NCBI GenBank assembly: GCA_900234795.1
Contig: LT962688.1
Span: 3,870,001-3,902,000, forward strand
Origin: Methylorubrum extorquens
GTDB taxonomy: Bacteria > Pseudomonadota > Alphaproteobacteria > Rhizobiales > Beijerinckiaceae
DNA length: 32,000 nucleotides
Direction of reading: 5' to 3'
The notes under the pieces are model-generated. The model ran no database searches and was not told where the DNA came from. It saw only the letters and a list, made by a program, of their open reading frames with translations. The position numbers and the translations under genes were made by a program. Of this stretch, positions 19,687 to 28,820 are shown one piece after another (positions within the stretch are counted from its first letter, which is position 1; each line of letters opens with the position of its first letter).

Positions 19687-20032
19687 GGCGTTCGCCGCCG
19701 TGTTGCTCGCGGCTGCGATGCTCGCCGCGCCCGCACGTGCCGACGACAACGACTATCCGACGGATGTGCGGGCCGATTACGTGTTCGGCTGCATGGCCGC
19801 CAACGGGCAGACCCGCGAGGCGCTGGAGAAATGCTCCTGCTCCCTCGACGCGCTGGCGTCGATCCTGCCCTATGACCGCTACGTTCAGGCCTCGACCATC
19901 CTGTCGATGCGCCAGGGCATCGGCCAGCGCACCGCCGCGTTCAAGTCGACCAAGATGTTCGACGACAAGGTGGCCGAGCTGCGCCGCGCCCAGGCCGAGG
20001 CGGAGATCCGCTGCTATCGCGGCGCCTCCTGA
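19667..20032 (+). CDS. Small exported 4-Cys protein of unknown function
   Basis: ATG 19667 overlaps the preceding gene by 20 nt. The signal peptide reads [28 protein letters not shown]. The 121-aa precursor gives a mature part with four Cys (FGC, CSC, RC). Confidence 0.65.
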   Translation: MTRRIPEAFAAVLLAAAMLAAPARADDNDYPTDVRADYVFGCMAANGQTREALEKCSCSLDALASILPYDRYVQASTILSMRQGIGQRTAAFKSTKMFDDKVAELRRAQAEAEIRCYRGAS

Positions 20033-20126
20033 GGGCAGGCCGCGGCGGGGCGGGACGGAATCGATCTGGCGCAACCCCGCCGGAGGGGCTAGGCCGGCAA
20101 ACTCGGCCCCTCACCCTCGAGACGCG

Positions 20127-20988
<862 letters not shown>

Positions 20989-20996
<8 letters not shown>

Positions 20997-21381
20997 CCGC
21001 ATCCTCGTCCACCGCCTCGCGGTCTTCGCCCGTCACGGCGTGCTGCCGGAGGAGGAGCGGCTGGGCCAGCGCTTCTACATCTCGCTGGAATGCCGGCTCG
21101 ACCTCGCGCCGGCCGGCCGCAGCGACGACGTGGCCGCAACCGTGAGCTACGCGGATCTCGCCGAGATCGCACTGGACATCGCCACCAACCGGCGCTTCGC
21201 CCTGATCGAGGCGCTGGCCGAGGCGATCGCCGGGACCTGCCTCGCGCGGTTTCCCCGGATCGAGACGATCGCGGTGCGGATCGACAAGCCGAGCGCGCCG
21301 ATCCCGGCCGTGCTCGACTACGCGGCCATCGAGATCGTGCGGGGCCGCTCCGACAGAGTCGCCACCACGGAGACGAGATGA
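20989..21381 (+). CDS. folB: Dihydroneopterin aldolase
   Basis: MADRILVHRLAVFARHGVLPEEERLGQRFYISLE... ATG 20989 overlaps the folP stop by 8 nt. An alternative GTG start lies at 20977. Confidence 0.85.
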
Positions 21382-21854
21382 CGCGCGCCTATCTCGGGCT
21401 CGGCAGCAATATCGGTGACAAGGCCGCGATGCTGGCCGGGGCCGTCGAGCACCTTGCCGCGACGCCCGGCATCCGGGTCGTGGCGCGCTCCGCCGATTAC
21501 CGCACGCCGCCCTGGGGCGACACCGATCAGGACTGGTTCCTCAACGCGGCGGTCGCCATCGATACCGAGCTGACACCGCACAGGTTGCTGGAGGTCTGCC
21601 TGTCGATCGAGGCGGCGCTCGGGCGCGTCCGCGAGCGCCGCTGGGGGCCGCGCGTCATCGACATCGACGTGCTGGCCTATGAGGGGGCGCAGGTTTCCGA
21701 CGAACGCCTCGTGCTGCCGCACCGCTTCGTGCGCGAGCGCGCCTTCGTGCTGGTGCCGCTCGCCGAGATCGCCCCCGACCTCGTCATCGGTGGCGAGACG
21801 GTCACGGAGGCTCTGGCCAAACTCGATCGGTCGGGAATCGAGCGGGTGGAATGA
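21378..21854 (+). CDS. folK: 2-amino-4-hydroxy-6-hydroxymethyldihydropteridine pyrophosphokinase
   Basis: 158 aa, MTRAYLGLGSNIGDKAAMLAGAVEHL...YRTPPWG...RWGPRVIDIDVL...LPHRFVRERAFVLVPLAEI. The start forms an ATGA overlap with folB. Confidence 0.9.
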   Translation: MTRAYLGLGSNIGDKAAMLAGAVEHLAATPGIRVVARSADYRTPPWGDTDQDWFLNAAVAIDTELTPHRLLEVCLSIEAALGRVRERRWGPRVIDIDVLAYEGAQVSDERLVLPHRFVRERAFVLVPLAEIAPDLVIGGETVTEALAKLDRSGIERVE

Positions 21855-21855
21855 C

Positions 21856-21885
21856 AAAAGGCCCGAACCGGGGTTCGGGCCTTTT
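21856..21885. terminator. Bidirectional terminator between convergent folK and xoxJ
   Basis: AAAAGGCCCGAACC (21856-21869) pairs with GGTTCGGGCCTTTT (21872-21885). A-runs and T-runs flank the GC stem, so it is usable on both strands. Confidence 0.7.
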
Positions 21886-21959
21886 GAAGCGCATTCCGAC
21901 GAAGTGGCGGCCGGTTCGTCGAAAGAATGCGCGTTCAATCAGAGACTTCTGATCGGGGA

Positions 21960-22814
21960 TCACTCGTCCGCGGCATCGAGAGGCTTGGTGTCCTCCTCCG
22001 CCAGCAGCGGCACCTCGTATTCGCGCAACACCGCCTCGATGTCGGCCTTGCGCTTGCGCAGGACGGTGTTGAGGCTGCGCTTCCAGTCGTTCTCGTTGTG
22101 GCGCACGCCCATCGAGACACGGAACGTCAGTGGTGGCCGTCCCGGCTCGTGGAGGAGCGGCACGACATCCATCGGCACGCCGCTCTGCTTGGCCAGCCAA
22201 CCCGCAGCCGGCCCCCAGAGGATCGCCACGTCGATCTTCTTCTCGGCGAGATCCGCGATCACTTCCGCAGCGACCGTCTGATGCTTGCGCTCGGCCCCGA
22301 AGGCGTAGGGCGCATAGGCGTGGATCCGCTCGCCGACGAGCTTCAGCTCGCTCAGGCGGTTGGAGGGCGGCGTCCCGGCGATGATGCCGATCTGCTTGTC
22401 CTTCAGCCGCGGGTCGTCGAGGCGCTTGAGATCCGCCAACTCGCCCTTGCGCGCGACCAGGACATAGGCCGAGCGGTAATACGGGTTGGTCGCCTGGACG
22501 ATGTCGCCGCCCGACGTGCCGATGATCAGGTCGCAAAGGCCGGTCCCGAGGGTGTTGCGGACGAATCCGGGCCCCTGGGTCAGCCAGTAATAGCGCAGCT
22601 TGACCTTCAACTCGTCGGCGACGATCTGCGCGATCTTGTTCTCGAAACCGCCGCCCTTGCGCTCGGAGAACGGCATGTTGCCGGGATCGCTGCAGACACG
22701 CAGGACATCCTGCGTGACCAGATCCGGCAGGTGCTGAGCATGAGCGGGCCGCGCCCCTGCCGAGAGCAGGAGCGCGGCGACCGCGACCGAAACGGGTGCG
22801 CTTGAGCGGGTCAT
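21960..22814 (-). CDS. xoxJ: XoxJ, periplasmic solute-binding-like accessory protein
   Basis: 284 aa from ATG 22814, which shares one nt with the xoxG stop (TGATG). An alternative start is at 22829. The signal peptide ends ...AGARPAHA/QH. The sequence is MxaJ/XoxJ-like (LRVCSDPGNMPFSERKGGGFENKIAQ). Confidence 0.85.
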   Translation of the reverse strand: MTRSSAPVSVAVAALLLSAGARPAHAQHLPDLVTQDVLRVCSDPGNMPFSERKGGGFENKIAQIVADELKVKLRYYWLTQGPGFVRNTLGTGLCDLIIGTSGGDIVQATNPYYRSAYVLVARKGELADLKRLDDPRLKDKQIGIIAGTPPSNRLSELKLVGERIHAYAPYAFGAERKHQTVAAEVIADLAEKKIDVAILWGPAAGWLAKQSGVPMDVVPLLHEPGRPPLTFRVSMGVRHNENDWKRSLNTVLRKRKADIEAVLREYEVPLLAEEDTKPLDAADE

Positions 22815-23404
22815 CAGCCGCCCAGGCACTCCTTCTCAACGGTCTTAGCGCTTTCGGGCTTGTCTTCCTTCTCGCCCGGACGGGCCCGGCCCCAGGCACC
22901 GGCGGCGCGAGCGCGCAGGTACACGTAGAGGTCGTTGGCGTAGCACATCACGTTCTTATTATCGCCGAAGGCGGGCATCACCTGGTTGGCGGTGTTGCTG
23001 ATCTCCTGCTTGCCGCCGGCGAGGATGCCGTAGAACTCCTCGTAGGAGAGGCGCTTCAGCGAGTCCTTGAGGGCGGGCGCGTAGGTCGAGCCCATGCCGT
23101 CCGGGCCGTGGCAGACGTGGCACTCGGCGTGATAGCGGCGATAGCCGGAATAGGTGAACCAATCGACCTTCTTGCCGTCGTTGGTGATGTGGAAGGTCGG
23201 GTGACCGTCCTTATCGAAGTACTTGCCGTCCTCTTCCTTCGCCGCTGTGGCGGCCTTGAGCACCGGCTCGTCGATCTCTTTGGCGTTCGGATCGAGCTTG
23301 TTGGCGAGTTCGGGCTTGGCGTCCTGGGCGAAGGCAACGGTGGCGGCGGGAACCGCTCCGAGCAAGGCTGCACCGACGAGACCAAGAAGAGCGGTTCTTT
23401 TCAT
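22814..23404 (-). CDS. xoxG: XoxG, c-type cytochrome (cytochrome cL-like)
   Basis: 196 aa from ATG 23404 (MKRTALLGLVGAALLGAVPAATVAFA/QD). There is a single CxxCH heme motif (CHVCH). Confidence 0.88.
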   Translation of the reverse strand: MKRTALLGLVGAALLGAVPAATVAFAQDAKPELANKLDPNAKEIDEPVLKAATAAKEEDGKYFDKDGHPTFHITNDGKKVDWFTYSGYRRYHAECHVCHGPDGMGSTYAPALKDSLKRLSYEEFYGILAGGKQEISNTANQVMPAFGDNKNVMCYANDLYVYLRARAAGAWGRARPGEKEDKPESAKTVEKECLGG

Positions 23405-23503
23405 CGAAGACAACGACGTTTCTCCCGAGACCATCATGTTGCACCGCAACGTAATCTGTGCGGCTACCAAGCAGGCCCTACAGCATAATCATAAAATCAT
23501 AAA

Positions 23504-23533
23504 GATGCCGGCGCGATTTCCCGCGCCGGCATC
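23504..23533 (-). terminator. Strong stem-loop between xoxF and xoxG (attenuator or mRNA-stabilising hairpin)
   Basis: GATGCCGGCGCG (23504-23515) pairs with CGCGCCGGCATC (23522-23533), a 12-bp perfect stem with a 6-nt loop. On the minus strand it is followed by CTTTATGATTTTATGATT. Confidence 0.55.
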
Positions 23534-23558
23534 CTTTAGGCTCTATGTCGCAAGCGAC

Positions 23559-25364
23559 TTAGTTGTTCGGCAGCGAGAAGACCGTGAGCTGGCCACCGAG
23601 GTTGGTGTAGCTCGACAGGGCCGCATAGCCACCCACCGCGCCGAGGCCGGCGTTCGGGTCGGTCAGGCCGGCCGCGAGGCCGATGCCGGCCCAGCCACCA
23701 ACGCCCGAGAGGACGGCGACGTGCTGCTTGCCCTTGTGCTCGTAGGTCATCACGTTGCCGATGATGCCCGACGGGGTCTTGAACTTGTACAGTTCCTTAC
23801 CCGTCTTCGAGTCGACGGCCTTCAGGAAGCCTTCGAGGGTGCCGTAGAACACCACGTCACCGGCAGTGGCGAGCGCGCCGCCCCAAGCCGAGAACTGCTC
23901 GGGGTTGGACCACTTGATCTTACCCTGGAGGTTGTCCCAGGCGATGAAGTTGCCCATGCCGCCATGCGAGCCCGGAGCCGGGTACATGGAGAGGGTCGCA
24001 CCGACGTAGGGCTGGCCCGGGGTGTAGGTCACCCGGAACGGCTCGTAGTCCATGCAGACGTGGTTGGTGGGGACGTAGAACAGGCCGGTCTTGGGCGAGA
24101 AGGCCGCCGGCTGCTGATCCTTGGTGCCGAGAGCCGCCGGGCAGATGCCCTTCGAGTTCACGTCTTCACCGTTCTGCTCGGTCGAGTACTTCGACACGAC
24201 CAGCGGACGGCCGTAGGTCTTGGAACCCTTGTCCAGGTCGACCTTGGTGGCCCAGTTCACGACCGGATCGAACTTCTCGGCGACGAGCACTTCACCGGTG
24301 GCGCGGTCGAGCGTGTAGCCGAAGCCGTTACGATCGAAGTGCGTCAGCAGCGGACGGTCCTTGCCGTCGAACTTCTGATCCGTGAGGATCATCTCGTTGA
24401 TGCCGTCGAAGTCCCACTCGTCGTGGGGGGTCATCTGGTAGACCCACTTGGCCATGCCGGTGTCGGGGTTACGCGCCCAAATGGTCATCGACCACTTGTT
24501 GTCGCCCGGACGCTGCTTGGGGTTCCAGGTGGAGGGGTTGCCCGAGCCGTAGTACATCAGGTCGAGCTTGGGATCGTAGGAGAACCAGCCCCAGGTGCAG
24601 CCGCCGCCGGTCTTCCACTGATCGCCTTCCCAGGTCTTCAGCGAGGAGTCCTTGCCGATCGGCTTGCCGAGCGAGGTGGTCTTCTCGGGGTCGACGATCA
24701 GCTGATCGTCCGGGCCGATCGAGTAGCCGCGCCACACCTTCTTGCCGGACTTCAGGTCGTAGGCGGTGACGTGGCACTGCACGCCGAACTCGCCGCCGGA
24801 GATGCCGACGATGACCTTGTCCTTCACCGGGAGAACGGTGGCGGTGTTGGTCTCACCCTTGGACGGGTCGCCGTTCTTGACCGACCAGTTCACCTTGCCG
24901 GACTTGGCGTCGAGCGAGACGAGCGTGGTGTCGGCCTGGTGCAGGAGGATCGCGCCGTCGGCATAGGCCAGACCACGGTTGACCGTGTCACAGCACATGA
25001 CCGGGATCACGGACGGATCCTGCTTCGGCTCGTACTTCCACACGATCTTCGCGCCCTGGTCGAGGTCCAGCGCGTAGACGATGTTCGGGAAGGGGGTGTG
25101 GACGTACATGATGTTGCCGACGACGAGCGGGGAGCCCTCGTGGCCGCGCAGCACGCCGGTCGAGAAGGTCCAGGCAACCTGGAGGTTCTTGACGTTGCTG
25201 GCGTTGATCTGGTCGAGCTTGGAATAGCGGGTGTTGGCGTAATCGACCGTCTGGAGCACCTGCTCCGCCGGGTTGGCGACGCCCTTCAGAACGCTTTCGT
25301 TGGCGAGGGCCGGGCTTGCAGCCGCGAGACCCGCACCGAGTGCGAGGAGATGTACCGCTCTCAT
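23559..25364 (-). CDS. xoxF: XoxF-type PQQ-dependent (lanthanide-type) methanol dehydrogenase
   Basis: 601 aa from ATG 25364, with GGAGGAATCC immediately upstream. The signal peptide is [25 protein letters not shown] vicinal Cys-Cys (VMCCDT) is present. The active site reads HDEWDFDG, with Asp (codon 24405-24407) where MxaF-type enzymes have Ala. Gene order is F-G-J. Confidence 0.95.
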   Translation of the reverse strand: MRAVHLLALGAGLAAASPALANESVLKGVANPAEQVLQTVDYANTRYSKLDQINASNVKNLQVAWTFSTGVLRGHEGSPLVVGNIMYVHTPFPNIVYALDLDQGAKIVWKYEPKQDPSVIPVMCCDTVNRGLAYADGAILLHQADTTLVSLDAKSGKVNWSVKNGDPSKGETNTATVLPVKDKVIVGISGGEFGVQCHVTAYDLKSGKKVWRGYSIGPDDQLIVDPEKTTSLGKPIGKDSSLKTWEGDQWKTGGGCTWGWFSYDPKLDLMYYGSGNPSTWNPKQRPGDNKWSMTIWARNPDTGMAKWVYQMTPHDEWDFDGINEMILTDQKFDGKDRPLLTHFDRNGFGYTLDRATGEVLVAEKFDPVVNWATKVDLDKGSKTYGRPLVVSKYSTEQNGEDVNSKGICPAALGTKDQQPAAFSPKTGLFYVPTNHVCMDYEPFRVTYTPGQPYVGATLSMYPAPGSHGGMGNFIAWDNLQGKIKWSNPEQFSAWGGALATAGDVVFYGTLEGFLKAVDSKTGKELYKFKTPSGIIGNVMTYEHKGKQHVAVLSGVGGWAGIGLAAGLTDPNAGLGAVGGYAALSSYTNLGGQLTVFSLPNN

Positions 25365-25567
25365 GGATTCCTCCGACAAGTCTTATCCGCCGCTGGATAG
25401 CAGCCCGCTACCCACCGTTGATTGACCTGCTGTTTGCGACAGGGATGATATTCGCTCCGGCAGCTCGCGCCTGCCGCACAGAAATTAGGATTATTCCATA
25501 GTTCCCGGCGACTTACCCGGCTGGGTCCGCATCCCTTAGCGGCTCCCCGAAACCGAAGCTTGAACGA

Positions 25568-25595
25568 ACTCTAAGAAAATTTCGGGCGCCGTCAA
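25568..25595 (-). promoter_or_regulatory. Sigma70-like promoter candidate for xoxF
   Basis: On the minus strand: TTGACG (25595-25590), a 16-nt spacer, then TAGAGT (25573-25568). This would give a ~200-nt leader. This is pattern match only. Confidence 0.3.
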
Positions 25596-26070
25596 CTCGC
25601 TTTCGCGCGTCGAATGTCGCACTCACAGGGCCCTTTATCAGGAAACTTGCCTGCTAAATTCAGCATTTTGCGTTGCACAATTTGATGGGCGGCGCACACT
25701 TCTCAAGTTTGTTTTGACGAGCTTCAGTGCTCTACCATGGATACGAATGCGCCACTCGCATGGGATGATCAAATTTTCCCATCGCCCATGCGTCCGTGGC
25801 ACTTTAATTCCTGCCATCGGGGCCCGGGAGGCCCGCTGTCGATGCCGCACTGCAAACAATGCGACCCGCCGAACGACGCGATGACGGGGTCGTCGGGCTG
25901 CTCGATCGGCCCCGTGGCGGCCGGGAAATTTTTGCAATGAACCGCTCCGTTTATCCTTAAGAAACGGCAGACGTCCCCAACGGGACAGCGCGGAGCAGGC
26001 TGCGACCGCCTCCGATGCGCATTCGACGCGCCTGCGGCTTTGGCAGGGCGCGATTCTCTCGGGCGTGATT

Positions 26071-26844
26071 CTACTGAGCGACGATGCCGGGGAAGCGGGC
26101 GGCAAGGCCCTGGCGGGTCGCGTCGGCCCAGGCCCGGTCCCGCTCGTGGCGCGGCCGGTCGAGGGGCAAATCCGCCAGCAGCCGGGCGGGCCGGGGCGAG
26201 ACCAGCAGCAGACGGTCGGCGATCTCGATGGCCTCGGCCACGTTATGCGTGACCATCAGCGCGCTCGTACCGGAACCGGCCACCGCCTCGACCACCAGCG
26301 CGCGCAGGGACGCGGCCGCCGCATCGTCGAGGGAGACGAAGGGCTCGTCGAGAACGAGGATGCGCGGCTCCAGCGCCAGCGCCCGGGCCAAGGCCACCCG
26401 GCGCTGCATCCCCAGCGACAACGCACCGGGATAATGCGCGCGCCACGATGCGAGCCCGAGCGACGCGAACAGGCCGTCGAGGTCGCGCGCTCTTCGCTCG
26501 CGCGGTAGGCCGAGCCGCACGTTCTGCTCGATGGTGCGCCAGGGCAGCAGGCGCGGATCCTGAAACACCATCGCGATGCCGGCCTCGGAGGGCTCGGGCG
26601 TCACGCTGCCCTCGAAGTCGCGGTCGAGGCCGAGGAGGATGCGCAGCGTCGTGGTCTTGCCCGCGCCCGAGGGCCCGATCAGGCAGGTGATCTCGCCGGC
26701 ATGGAGTTCGAAGGCGAGGCCGCGCACCGCCTCGACGGCCTCGGTGCCGGCCTTGCGGCCACGCTTGCGATAGACCTTGCGGTCCACGCGCACCGTCAGC
26801 AGCGGCGCCGTCTCGGCGCCGGGTTCAGCGCCAGCGGCGGACAT
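26071..26844 (-). CDS. ABC transporter ATP-binding protein (NitT/TauT-like)
   Basis: 257 aa with Walker A GPSGAGKTT, signature LSLGMQRRVALARAL and Walker B LVLDEPF. It overlaps the permease gene by 20 nt. Confidence 0.9.
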   Translation of the reverse strand: MSAAGAEPGAETAPLLTVRVDRKVYRKRGRKAGTEAVEAVRGLAFELHAGEITCLIGPSGAGKTTTLRILLGLDRDFEGSVTPEPSEAGIAMVFQDPRLLPWRTIEQNVRLGLPRERRARDLDGLFASLGLASWRAHYPGALSLGMQRRVALARALALEPRILVLDEPFVSLDDAAAASLRALVVEAVAGSGTSALMVTHNVAEAIEIADRLLLVSPRPARLLADLPLDRPRHERDRAWADATRQGLAARFPGIVAQ

Positions 26845-27559
26845 GGGCGTCGAGGGGCTGGAGGAGGAGAGAGTCGAGGGCGAGCATCACGCTCATGAAG
26901 ACGAGGCTGTAGCCGATCACCGCGGTGACGTCGAAGAGCGTGAAGTAATAGTTGATGGCAAAGCCGACCCCATTGGGACGGCCCAGCAGCTCCACCACCA
27001 GCACGATCTTCCAGGCGAGCGAGATGCCGGAGCGCGCCGCTGCCACCATGAAGGGCTGGAGTTGCGGCAGCAGCACATGGGCGATCCAGGTCCGCCGGTC
27101 GAAGCGGTAGGTCGTCGCCATCTCCTCAAGCCCCGGATCGAGGCCGCGGGCGCCCTCACGCATGATGACGGCGACGTTGGGCAGCTTGTTGAGCGCCACC
27201 GCGACGATGGCCGCGGTCTCGGTCAGCCCGAGCCAGACATAGGCCAGCACCGTGATGACGAGGGCCGGCGTGTTGAGGACGACGAGAAGCGGCGTATCGA
27301 GCAGCCGGTCGGCGAGGCGCGAGCGGCCGAGCGCGATGCCGAGCAGCACGCCGAGGCTCATGGCGATGACGAAGGAGACTGCGACCCGGGCGAGCGTGAC
27401 GCCGACATTGAAGAACAGGCTGCCGCTCTGCGCCTCGCGCAGGATGAAGGCGAACACCGCGCTCGGCGCCGGTAGGGTCCGCGTATCGGCATAGGCGGAG
27501 AGGCCCTGCCAGAGGACGAGGAGGACGGCGAGCGAGAGGAGGCGCGCGAGCAGGGCCAT
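26825..27559 (-). CDS. ABC transporter permease (NitT/TauT-like)
   Basis: 244 aa, multi-pass hydrophobic protein (MALLARLLSLAVLLVLWQGL...) with an EAA-like loop (MREGARGLDPGLEEMATTY). Confidence 0.85.
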   Translation of the reverse strand: MALLARLLSLAVLLVLWQGLSAYADTRTLPAPSAVFAFILREAQSGSLFFNVGVTLARVAVSFVIAMSLGVLLGIALGRSRLADRLLDTPLLVVLNTPALVITVLAYVWLGLTETAAIVAVALNKLPNVAVIMREGARGLDPGLEEMATTYRFDRRTWIAHVLLPQLQPFMVAAARSGISLAWKIVLVVELLGRPNGVGFAINYYFTLFDVTAVIGYSLVFMSVMLALDSLLLQPLDAHVRRWR

Positions 27560-27598
27560 GCGCAGGGTCAGCGGGCCGGAACCGTCATCGTGCCGTCT

Positions 27599-28594
27599 TC
27601 AGCCGTTGCCCGAGGCGTCGAGATAGAGGTCCGGCGGCAGGCTCTTGCCCACGCCGAGGAGTTGCGCGCCCGCAAGCCGGTCCAGGGCCGCGTAGATGCG
27701 CTCGCCGTCGGCGCGCTCGGCGGCGATCGGCCGGCGCGGGATTCCGGCGAGGAAATCGCGCTTGAGCGTGGCGAAGGTGGCGTCGTCCTCCGCCGCCATC
27801 AGCGGGCGGACCGTCTCCCACAGGGCCGGCTCGTTCGCCAGCGCGTCCTTGGCGGCGGCCGAGGCGCGGGCGAACCCCCGCACCACCTCGCCCCGGTCGG
27901 CCACGGTGTGGCCCTCGTAGAGATAGCCGATCAGCGAGACCGCGCCCTTGGCGCCGAAGGCTCGCATCACGTCGTCGGCCGAGATCAGCCGTTTGAAGCC
28001 CTTGGCTTCGAGGCGGGCGCAGAACTGCCAGTAGAGCAGAGCCGCGTCAAGCTCGCCGGTCTCCAGCTTCTGCGCCAGCAGCGGTGGCGCGCCGTAGGCG
28101 ATCTGCGCGACGTTCTCGAGCTCGAGCCCCGCCGTCTCGCGCGCCTGCGCCCGCAGCAGGATCCAGTTCTTGTCGAGCGCACCGCCCGCCACCCCGAGCC
28201 GCTTGCCCGCGAGCCCCTTCAGATCCGTGATCGGGCTTCCCGCGGGCACCATCAGCGCGCCCTCGGTGGTGGAATAGGGCGAGAAGCGCACGCCCCGCCC
28301 CTCGTTGCCGAGGCGGGCGGCGAAGATCAGGTCGCCGACGATGGCATCGACCTGACCGCCGAGGAAGGCGATACGGGCGGCATCGTTGCCGGCCAGCTTG
28401 ACGATGTCGAGGGTGAAGCCGTTGGCCGTATCAAAGCCCCGCGCCTTGATGACCGCGGCCTCCCAGGAGGCGGTGCCGAAGGGCAGGACGCCGAGCCGGA
28501 ACGTCTCGCCCGCCGCCTGCGCGCGGCGCGCCATCGGCAGCGTCGCGGCCAGCGACAGAGCCGCCGTCGCGAGCATTCCGCGCCGTGACAGCAT
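27599..28594 (-). CDS. Periplasmic substrate-binding protein (NMT1/SsuA-like) with a twin-arginine-type signal
   Basis: 331 aa from ATG 28594, with AGGA 6 nt upstream. An alternative ATG at 28606 has no ribosome-binding site. The signal reads MLSRRGMLATAALSLAATLPMARRAQA/AGE. Confidence 0.8.
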   Translation of the reverse strand: MLSRRGMLATAALSLAATLPMARRAQAAGETFRLGVLPFGTASWEAAVIKARGFDTANGFTLDIVKLAGNDAARIAFLGGQVDAIVGDLIFAARLGNEGRGVRFSPYSTTEGALMVPAGSPITDLKGLAGKRLGVAGGALDKNWILLRAQARETAGLELENVAQIAYGAPPLLAQKLETGELDAALLYWQFCARLEAKGFKRLISADDVMRAFGAKGAVSLIGYLYEGHTVADRGEVVRGFARASAAAKDALANEPALWETVRPLMAAEDDATFATLKRDFLAGIPRRPIAAERADGERIYAALDRLAGAQLLGVGKSLPPDLYLDASGNG

Positions 28595-28820
28595 GGGCGT
28601 CCTCATGAATTATCGGTCAGGCCGTTCCGTCTCCGGCGGAGGCGGACGGTTTCTGTTGAATTTTTTAATAGGGACTCGCCTCCGCCCCGTCCACAGCCGG
28701 TCCCGGCGTTTCCGCTGCGACATGCGGGCTCCCGCCCAGGGGCGCGAGCCCCACCGATCCCGGCTTGCGCCGCCGCCCGTCCCGACGCAGGTTTTCACCG
28801 TATTCGATGGGAGGGTGACA

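Noticed and set aside
25365-25379. TTG start giving MSEESM- in front of XoxF
   Set aside because: ATG 25364 is preceded at ideal spacing by GGAGGA and begins a normal signal peptide. The TTG would place the ribosome-binding site inside the coding sequence.
23223-25400. 725-aa plus-strand ORF
   Set aside because: It is exactly antisense to xoxF, with a low-complexity Gly/Val/Arg/Asp-rich translation. It is a shadow ORF.
25737-25940. 67-aa plus-strand ORF with several Cys in the xoxF upstream region
   Set aside because: No ribosome-binding site precedes the ATG, and codon bias is mixed in the first half. The G/C-rich third positions in the second half may be chance. I kept it only as a possibility within the upstream-region finding.
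28595-28820. Possible TPP (THI-box) riboswitch upstream of the NMT1-like binding protein
   Set aside because: I read the minus strand for the conserved CUGAGA and ACCUGAUCUGGAUAAUGCCAGCG cores. Only a weak CCUGACCGAUAAUU resemblance next to the start codon is present, which is not enough to call.
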